Origin: Catajapyx aquilonaris
Lineage: Eukaryota
DNA: 40,315 nucleotides
Assembly (NCBI GenBank): GCA_000934665.2
Contig: JYFJ02003571.1
Location: 1 to 40,315 of the forward strand
Direction: 5' to 3'
Shown: positions 28,995-38,264 of the stretch, one piece after another
Position numbering within the stretch: position 1 is the first letter of the stretch
How the letters are laid out: each line of letters starts with the position of its first letter
The notes under the pieces: generated by a model
Database searches by the model: none
The model's input: the letters and a program-made list of their open reading frames with translations, nothing else
Told to the model about the DNA's origin: nothing
Program-made: the position numbers and the translations under genes

Positions 28995-29280
28995 CCTCTC
29001 CAAAAACAACTCGCCTCGCCGTGTAATTTATTATGTGTGAAACGCCTAGCCGTGTAAAAAGAGCCAATGCAAGAGCTTGTAGGCCTATGCCACGCTTTAA
29101 CATTACATCTCCTGACAGCTTTATAATCAACTCACCTTGTAGTCTGGATCTCGCTCCGTCAGATTTACATCTGTTCGTGCTAACTGCCTGAAACGAGCTC
29201 CTTCAACTGATGCGCAATTTTTTTTTACATCTCTCAAAAACTTGCCTGCTGAAAATATACAAAAGTTGGTCATTTTATAG
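28995..29280 (+). mobile_element. Degenerate mariner (DD34D) transposase fragment
   Basis: 29129-29176 translates as NSPCSLDLAPSDLHLF, matching the mariner motif HPPYSPDLAPSDFHLF. Downstream ~29215-29272 reads roughly FF-TSLKNLPAENIQKLV, resembling the mariner C-terminal FF.S....F..GI.KLV. A decayed LHDNA-like segment lies near 28998-29015. The fragment is frameshifted and no TIRs were found. Confidence 0.75.
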
Positions 29281-29490
29281 CATTTAGCATAATTTTAGTC
29301 CAAAAAAAATAATGGTGTCCTCTGGTAAAATGGAGTCTGTTCTTTGGTCACCCCGAAAATGCTATAGAATTCTGGAGTCTTCTTGCGAGATGGAGAGCTG
29401 GATCAATACTCAGCTCTGGCTGGAGGAGATACAAAGAGGAGGGGGGGGGGGAGGAAAGTGGGGAGGGAAAGAAGGCAGGGCCGCCCAGCA

Positions 29491-29600
29491 AAAATGGCGT
29501 GGCCACTTGCCTAACATGGCCGCTGCATGGCCTTACCATCAACCCGAACCACGTCAGGACCTCCCGACAACAAAGGAAATAACATGGCCGACATGGCGGG
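29491..29600. promoter_or_regulatory. Cluster of five co-oriented YY1/Pho-type motifs (ATGGC core); candidate PRE or enhancer
   Basis: ATGGC starts at 29494, 29516, 29527, 29584 and 29593, in contexts AAAATGGCG, AACATGGCCG (twice), GCATGGCC and GACATGGCGG. A poly-G/purine tract lies upstream at 29435-29480. Confidence 0.45.
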
Positions 29601-30624
29601 ATACAGGAGTTGGTCTGGAAATGGACACTGGTCAAGGCCCGAATTAAAACTTGTCGTCAAAATTTGAAAGAGGAAAATTTGTGTCGTGAGGAGATCCTAT
29701 TGATTTTGGGGAGACCAAATTTTGTTAGGAGCCAAGTTTTTGGTGGGATTTATTTTTCGCATGGATTGTGTTCGAGGGAGTTGAGAAAGTAAAAATAAAA
29801 ATAAAAATGAGGACTGGTCCTGTAATAACAGAGCTTTTCTGCAGTCGGAGGAAAGATGCTCTTTGTACCTGAATGCATAATTAGCTGAGAATTCGTTCCC
29901 CGGTACTTTTCGTGATACAGACTGTTATGACTGTTCTTATTATTAATGCAAAGCAGCTGACGTGCTCGACCAGAGTGCTCCCTTTTACTTGGAAAGGAAT
30001 TATTTTAAAAATTATATGTCTCTGCTGCATGTTAACTCTCGTAATAGGCCTATAACGCCTTGCTGCTTATGACAGGGTTTTTTTGTTATTAATTTAAAAC
30101 ATGAGAATTACTCGTCCCTGAGTCGCATTATTTAGAAAGCTGTTTTAGTTTTCAGGACGTGTCTCGTTTTGCAACTTCTTCAGGTGTGAAGGCTGGTATA
30201 CTTAAGTGGACATTTGCATATGCATGATCCTAGTGACTATATAATGCGTATGCTTTCAAAATCTTTTTGCACAGGCTACTCTATGGATGCTCATCCGAAT
30301 TTTTGTAGTTCCATTATGACATACCTCGTACTTTATGAGCATGCACACATATAACTCGTGTTCAAAGACGTAACGCGAACGTATAATGTGACTGAGCATT
30401 GACTTAGATTGAGTGTCAAAAAGCAAAAGTACTTAAAAGTCCAGAATTTTGTAATTTAAAATAAAAATAGGGGTCTTATAATTGCAAATCGAAGCGCAAT
30501 TGCAATTTTTCCTGTCGACATGAAATGGCATGACGGATACATTTTTGGTTAATTGCAGTGCAAGCAAAATGCACTACTCCACGCAATATTATGAGTATGG
30601 TATTTCAGTCCAGCCTTCCAATCC

Positions 30625-30853
30625 TGACCCACCGTCCTAATCTTCATGTCATATGTTTATGACACACGGTACCTCGGGAATTATCATGTGCAAGACCTGG
30701 CCTACACCCTTGAGAGCTCCTTACAGCCCTAAGGTTATCTCGTTTGGATTGAGATAGGGTGGCATTCAGCTAAGGCGGTTCTATAACAGGCTGGATGCAC
30801 AATGTTATAAATCAATGAAGTGCATTCAGGTACAGGGTGCTTCAATATTGTAA
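30625..30853 (+). mobile_element. Possible highly degenerate Tc1-like transposase C-terminal fragment
   Basis: With frameshifts it reads *(W)PT..PNLHVI.L*(W) (compare WP..SPDLNPIE.LW), then ELLTAL near 30714, then KCIQVQG at 30818-30838 (compare the C-terminal .CI...GG). The motifs are in the expected order. This is a by-eye match only. Confidence 0.33.
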
Positions 30854-31382
30854 TGCATATATGGGCGTCTTCATTGCAGATTGTTAGTGCCACAAGTTTC
30901 ACATGCGCCATCCAAATTTTTGGTCATATTTTCCTCAAAGTTTTTGGAGGAATCTGGACCACTTGTGTGTATTGGCTCCTCTGATAAATATTTGTTCTCT
31001 TTTGCTATACTGTAGTGTGTGGCTTACACATGTGTGAGACACTCATGCCCCTAATTTCCAGACATGTTAACTAGCTTATGTGGTTCTTAAATATGGTTCA
31101 TTTTATACAGTGCAGTGTGTAGAAACCGGACAGTACTGCTTGTGAATAAACCTTCGCGTATATGCAATAACACAACATATGCGCATAATTTCAATCAGCC
31201 TGTCACCGACTGTAAGAGGAATAGGAAGGTGGCGACGCCTAGAGTGTCATTCACCGAACATATATCCTGTCGACAATAATCGTAGTCCGCTTTTCCTCCA
31301 GCATTCCAAATTGCATCCCCCACCACCGTCGAAGGAGTTGAGAAGTGACGTCAACTTTTCTATTTAGCGTCCGGCTGCGAGT

Positions 31383-31414
31383 GGGTAGGGTGGGTGGGAA
31401 AGGGAGGGGGGGGG
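31383..31414 (+). other. Potential G-quadruplex-forming tract
   Basis: GGGTAGGGTGGGTGGGAAAGGGAGGGGGGGGG read directly. Confidence 0.6.
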
Positions 31415-33065
31415 NATTAAAATTGATATCTTGAAAGACAGGTCCCAGTTGGCTGGGAATATTGCCCCTATATATCATTCTTCATAATAATTCGAGTCGC
31501 AACAAGGCGGCGCATTTTTCGCCCAAAAAAACTGAAGGAATAAGAGAGAGGAGTGGGGGTGGGGGTATAGAAGGTAAAGGAGGGTGGGGAGGGCCCTGAC
31601 GCCCGGGCGCTTGAAAAGGGCGACGTAATTAAAACCCTCCTCCGACATTGGATTTCCATCTGCAAGTCTGGAGCCTTTTATAGCAAAGAGATTTGGTACA
31701 TCTCGCCCGGGTCTCATTATGAAAAGGGGACCCAAATTATCAGGTGGAGGATTACAAAATTGCTGCGACGCGGCGGAATTTATTAAGGCGGAGCGCAGCT
31801 CCGTGTAAAGGATATTGGAAACGAGATTATAATATTAATTGGAGGCGCCGTTGGCTAATATTTCGGCCCTCTCACGATGTGGTCATGTGCAGAAATAGTA
31901 GGGTGGGGGGGGGGGGGACTGGAGAGGGGAGGGGACTTTGCAGGTGAGGTGAGATTGAGATAAGGCCATGGGGATGATGAAGGGAAGCTTGAATATTGTA
32001 AGGGACGAGCTTCGGGTGGTCTTAGTTGGATTGTGGGAACAGAGATGGAGCAGGCTGCGAGGTGCAAGGAGCGGTCCTTTTTCACGATCGATCATAAGGA
32101 ACCGCTTCGCGAAACCCGCCAGATCTAGACTTTCCTTCGATACCTTCTTTTCTAAGAAGAAATCTACAGAAATATGAAGGTGCCTACAAATACCTCACAT
32201 ATTACAGAAATGTTCTGCAAATTGTAATTCTTAGAGGACGAATATTGGAGTCTAATAAATGCGGACAAAAAAATCTGAAACCATGTCCATTGAAATATGA
32301 AGCAATGTAGACCATATTGTGGGAGGCTTTTGACAGCCTGCTGCTTTATCCTTTTGAAACGCAAGCTCACACCCGCGAATGGCATGAATGTAGTGGCCGG
32401 CACCGTATGTGAGCATGTCGGTTCCACCATCAGATTGAGCGATGTTTGATCCTTAGGGTGTGGAGCAGCGGAACGGTTTAGATGTGCGAATTGTGCCACA
32501 TCCGACAATACATCGGGATAAATAATAGACGCAGTTACACTCCGGTTGAATCACCCAGTGAAAAAGGCCAGAAAAATATATTCAGCAAGAAGGTAAACAT
32601 TATTTGGAGAATCTGAATAAAGGGTCATATTTGACTGATTTCGACATAATTATGCAGATTGGGATGATTTTTTTTCTCTCTCTTTTTTCCTGAACTTCAT
32701 CGAACACTTTTACCACTCTTGTCATACTTTTACCTGCAAGGGGTTCGCAGAGGCTTTATAGACCTACAAGTTGCTAGAGTAACTCCAGCATAGGTCGTAG
32801 GGGGTGGGATAGGAGGAGAGAAATTCCCTTGCCCCCCCTTCCCCCTCTCCCCTCTTTCTCTCTCCCTTTTCCCCCCCCCGTTTTCTTGCTTCTGCTCCTC
32901 AAACGGAAAGCTCTTTGAGCACACAGCAGAGGAGTGGATTTGGGCTGGGCAAATACGCCGCCCCGCAGTCCAGGTAACTTTTCTTTGGGGCGCTTGATGG
33001 AACGTCCGTCCTCAAAGGCTTAGCGCCGGGGAAGAGGAGGAAGAAGGAGAAGAAGAGCGGGGAGA

Positions 33066-33070
<5 letters not shown>

Positions 33071-33112
<42 letters not shown>

Positions 33113-33121
33113 CTCTCTCTC
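33071..33121. repeat. (AG)19 microsatellite followed by an inverted (CT)n tract
   Basis: AG repeat at 33071-33108, then TT, then CTCTCTCTCTC at 33111-33121. Confidence 0.95.
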
Positions 33122-36100
33122 TTCTCTCCCTGCTTCCATTTTCACCTTTTGGGTTGGGGGGGCCTTGCGCAAACACCACTCGGCCCTATACATATTCCCC
33201 ACCACCGCCACCGCTTTCATAATGCATGCTATTGAAATGATGAGCCGCCACTGGGACGGACACAAAGTGTGCCAGCCTTTCTTCTTATTACGGCTCCTAT
33301 ACCTGAAAGTCACTGTGGCCACACAAAGCGGAGATGGGGGCGGATGGCCAGAAAAAAAAAACTGCGGGAAAAGTGTATGTGTATAATATGAAGAGGTCTC
33401 AGTTGATTGTAGATAATGATGTGCGAAGGTAGTTGGGGCGCCTGCATTAGGCCCGAGAGAAAAATGGATGGTGCGTATAAGCTGAGGGCTAATTAAGAAT
33501 AACAACACAACTAGGATTATGCGGAGTAAAATGCGGGCTTTCTTTAGGACCGGGTGAATCTAGCTGTTTTTTTTTCAGATGTTGGGTGTTAATTAGCTAG
33601 AAATACCACCATTGTTGTTTTTTTTGTAGATATCCCCCTAGAAGTGGATGAATGCAATAAAATTGAATATTTCCTAGTTAGTACCCTGCCATGTTGGCAG
33701 TCCTTTTTCAGGCTGAGCTTCAGGGGACCCTGGGAGTCGGGGGAGTCAGGAAGTGAAAAGGAGGCAGGGAGGCTTCCGATTTCCTTGACGCAATTAACAG
33801 ACAGCGTTGAAGGCATAAATTATTCGTCCCGGTATCCGTCTTCCTACACCGGCGACGAAAAAAGACAGAGTGGATGAGAAAGAGAGAGACATACTCTCGA
33901 CTTGGCCTAGTGTAAATGTGATACCCTTTGGTACAGGTGGGTTCAAAGTTTAGACGAACTGATGGAGTTTTACCAGGCAGTGGATGATTAATGTTGCAGG
34001 GATTGATAAAATTTTAAGGCGGTGATTTAAAAAAGTATGTTACGCCGATACTGCTATAACATTATACGTGCGAAGATTTTTACTTACAAGTGTGAGCAAG
34101 TGGTCACAGGAGCATATGTACTTAGTATGCATAATAAAGTGACCAAAAACTGTCCAGCAGGAAAACAATAATTAGATACATTACGAACAAATATGGAAGT
34201 TTTAATAACTATGTCCCTGAGGGCCCCTGACCCTAGCACAGGGTAACGCAAAAAAACTATGTAAATAATTCCTGTATATTATGCGTCTTATTTAAGAAAG
34301 TGGGTTGGTCGTATTTCCATATTTTATTGTGTTAGTCATGCACTTTGTTTTTCTTAGAACTTCCATACGCACTGTTGCTTCTTACGGTATACAGAATCCT
34401 GGAAATTGGCAACACTTGAAGCAGGATATAGTAATATGTAGGGGATTGCAGAGTGTATATTTACGGTGGTATAAACTGAGCTTTGTGTTATTTTATTTCA
34501 AGGTGGATTCCGTTGCATATAGTTATGCTGGCTTTATTCTGCACCTTCATAGCTAGAATATGTGCGATTATTTATGTATCTTGTACCTGACATAATCTAC
34601 TATATTACACTGAAAAATTAGGAGAAACTGAGAAATAACCTAAAATTAATTACTTATTAAAAGTACATCTGCACTTGACACAGTATAATTATGTACAACT
34701 TCAGCAAGGACAGTGCTATACCTTAATGAACAAACACATTGTGTTCCGTAATGATTGTGGCAACAGTCTGCAGGTCCCTACCAGAGGATCACTTTATGTA
34801 GAGATGTCATTAAGTCTTCGCAGCTTCGTTGCTGAGATAATTGGCCTTTATCTAATAGAGAACTGTCTTATACCATCTGCAATGTCGGAGACACAGCCTG
34901 CGACGCTTCCATCGCCTCAGAGAATACCTGTTACACCTAGTGACATGGCATATGTTGCACGGTAACACACATTTTAAACGAAAAAGGCATGGCCGTGGGC
35001 ATGGCAGCCCGAAGGGTTGCATGCCGACCAGGATATATTGTATCTTGGAAGCCCATTCTTTCGGTTACACGGCTTTCGGTTTCAAGTGACACCTTCACAT
35101 AATGTGATTCTCTGGTACGTTCCATGACTTTCATGTAGAAATCCTTACATAATGTGTCTGTCACAGTCTTTAGCAATGTGTGTCTTGACTCCCAAAAAGG
35201 TAAAACGTAGGGGCAAGAAATGCCTAAGTACTAACCAGTAAGGAGGATTCAGGTTGGCCTGGACATGCCCCGCAGCCTTCTTGCACATTTCTCCTGGTAG
35301 GTAGGCATAGCTATAGCCCCACAGCCTGACAGCCGCTGGGAGAGGGCTGGAGGTGAGGAGGAAATTAGGGAGAGAGAAGCAAGGAAAGGAAAGGGGCAGA
35401 GGCAATAATTTCTTTTACTGTAGATGATGCTTGGTTTTCCAGGTAATGCTTGAAAATTCTGGAACCTTACAGTTGCTTACTATACGTATTAAACTGAAAG
35501 CATTTTTATTGAAATGAAAAACTGAGCAACCCTTGTTAAGCAATGTGGCATACCTAAATGTTCATGTCACCTATACGTCGCAGCCTGACTGAGAAATCTG
35601 TATTTGAAAGTGTGAATGATTTTTTTTCAAGCGTTCAAATGTCCCCAGAGGCGTTAGGATTATTTGAGAAATAACTTATCACACCTCTGTAATTTTCACT
35701 TGTATTTAGGGCCAATGAAACTACGACTATCTGGTGACCTACTAGTATAGTCCTTTACCGATGAATATTATGTAAATATACGTAATATGCTCAACTTACA
35801 GCAGATAATTGTGCTAAAGGCCGTAAGTTGTAACAGAAAATTGAAACAGTTGCATCAGTATTAGATGGTCCTGGGGGAAAAGACGGAGGCTGCTTTATGG
35901 GTTGCATGACTACCAGGATACATTCTGTGGAACATTTCAGTGCTATTTGATGATGGAGTGCTTGATCAACAAGACCTGACCTGCTTATACCATCGGGATA
36001 ATCACTGCTTGCTAAGAAATATAGCCATTGATGGGAAGACTTTGCTTTGGCTTGAGTACTGCACATGCACTAGTGATAAGTACAACTGTTCAGTTCATTT

Positions 36101-37466
36101 CACATGGCACTGCCGCAGAAAAGCAGCAGCGAGCCGATGTTTGGTTTATTAATTTTAAAAAAAACGGTCCAATTTCTCTCTCTAGCCAGAGCCCGCATGG
36201 AAAAATTTGTAAATAATTTCCCGTAAATTGCACCAGCAGCAGGAAGGATCGCCTCCATCATCCATGACATTCTACCAATGCCGTGCCCGTTGTTCTGTGC
36301 CCGTCACGTGTATGCCTGGAATGCCAAGTGGCAGTAGAAACAGTTTCAGTATAAAAACAACCTGCTTGACAGTGCAACAGATACACTGCTCTCGCACAAG
36401 GGAAATTGAGTTTTAATCACATGGACTTTGCAGGTCATGTGTATGCAAATTCTCACTCCAGTTGACATTACCTCCTTTAGCCAATAATATTGTCAACATC
36501 TACAAAGACTGGCTGTATCAGCAGAGACTTTTTATAGAATTTTTCATGACTGTCAGTTTACTGCCTCCCATTTTACAAACCACATATTTTTGACAATACA
36601 ACGTAGCAACTTCCTTGTGCAATGAGTAACTATATAGTCAGGCCTGTGAGTATGAATTTGGTGCTCCCTTTTCCCTTTTCACGAAGAGAAATATGGGCTT
36701 CAACTTTGCCCGAGAGAGAAACTCCTCTAATCCTAGAAAGTCTGGATGACACTCTGAAGGATTTAACTTTTTAAAGCCGCTTTTAGACTTGACCCGTGGT
36801 AGTTGGGCAACTTACGAGCCCTCCCATTTTTTTCTCAACTGCGGCTGCCTTTTATTACTTAACTTACGTGCCACGCCCTGAGGCCTTCTAAGTGTATCTC
36901 ATTTTGTTGAAGAGACTAGAGCAGAATCAGGATGGGTTTAAGTTAACAATAAACCAAGCAATTTTGAGTAGAGAATGACGTCTCCATTTATTAGGAAAAT
37001 GTCAGGAAAAAATTACAAAAGATATAGGGTAAGAGGGACATAAATTATGGTACAAATTATTAATTATTAATTATTCAGTGCTGTCATAATAATAAATAGG
37101 CATTCCTGACTTAATTTCTTTATATCTATTTTTTGTAATATTATGGCGTCTTTATTGCTGACTAAGATGGTGAAATTGACAGCAGGAAATCACGGATCAT
37201 TATGTCGATTAATCATATTTCCTCTCAGATTGTGACGGAAATGCCCGTTATCCGGTTTCTACGGACGTAATATTCTATACGGGAGTTTCTCTTTGGATTT
37301 TTTTTTTCTTATTTATTAGCTATCGCATTGCTATTAATTCTCCTGTCATTTTCATGTTGGTGGCTCAACACAATACACCTGAAAAGATCATCGGCAACTT
37401 ATAAGCTGCAGAGATATATTTTTTGAGAAAGGAACAGTGAAAATATTCTGACTAGTTGACTCCGAC

Positions 37467-38264
37467 ACGAGTAGGCAATCGACGTATCTACACTGCCATA
37501 TGATCGCTCCAGCATAAGATGTAGACTACTACACAGTATATCGTATGACTCCAAAGGTTACAGCGACCATGTACTGTGTTAGTATCTTACTTCTGTTGGT
37601 TTTCCTAGCAGAAAAGGATAACAACGCGGTTCACCGCCTATTATTTCAGTTGTTACAGTGCAATCATATATGTTGTTCTCTTAGTGAAGAGTCAGTGTGA
37701 ACTACTGAAGAACATTTTGATAGAGCCACAGCAAATGAGTAGGTGTGGATGCATGGAGTTCTCTTTCTCTAGCACTATAATATAACAGATTAAATAATAG
37801 GCGGTGAACCGCGTTGTTATCCTTTTCTGCTAGGAAAACCAACAGAAATAAGAGACTAACACAGCACATGGTCGCTACTGTATAACCTTTGGAATCACAC
37901 GATATACTCTCTAAAAAAATAAGAGTTAAATTAACTCTTTTAAACCTTGAAAGTGGTCATTACCAAAAATGAGTTATAATAACTCTTTGCTGGAGTTAAA
38001 ACAACTCTTTTAGTTCATTTCATCCTCCGAAAGAGTGAATTAATAACTCTTTCGGAGGATGAAATGAACTAAAAGAGTTGTTTTAACTCCAGCGAAAGAG
38101 TTATTATAAGTCATTTTTGGTAATGACCACTTTCAAGGTTTAAAAGAGTTAATTTAACTCTTATTGAGTTTTTTAACTCTATTTTTTTAGAGAGTACTGT
38201 ATAGTACATCTTAATATGCTGGAACGATCATACGGCAGTGTAGATACTTCGATTGCATTCTCGT
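37467..38264. mobile_element. Older MITE with ~180-bp imperfect terminal inverted repeats, interrupted by the nested MITE
   Basis: The left arm 37467-37646 is the reverse complement of 37792-37906 plus 38197-38264 (e.g. TTCTGTTGGTTTTCCTAGCAGAAAAGGATAACAACGCGGTTCACCGCCTATTATTT pairs perfectly). The spacer is ~145 bp with no ORF. Ends are ACGAG...CTCGT, with TA on the right and CA on the left (possibly a mutated TA duplication). Confidence 0.88.
37907..38194. mobile_element. Young foldback/palindromic MITE (288 bp) with TA target-site duplication
   Basis: Termini are CTCTCTAAAAAAAT...ATTTTTTTAGAGAG, flanked by TA at 37905-37906 and 38195-38196. Arms 37907-38036 and 38046-38194 are reverse complements apart from one substitution, one 1-bp indel and an ~18-bp extra block in the right arm. 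The loop is 9 nt (GAATTAATA). The empty site CGATA-TA-CTGT is preserved in the opposite arm of the host element. Confidence 0.92.

Noticed and set aside
7811..31415. Single N bases at 7811, 13678, 21387 and 31415
   Set aside because: All lie in or beside G/C homopolymer runs, so they are assembly or sequencing artefacts; homopolymer lengths here are unreliable.
35940..36152. IAIDGKTL peptide resembling a bacterial ISAs1 transposase motif
   Set aside because: An isolated 8-residue match with no supporting flanking similarity, in a eukaryotic context; probably coincidental.
35950..36560. Possible minus-strand Gypsy integrase relic (YYW..C..C, W..V.MD, DRF.K-like fragments)
   Set aside because: It needs several assumed frameshifts and cannot be told from noise by eye; a frameshift-aware BLASTX would decide.
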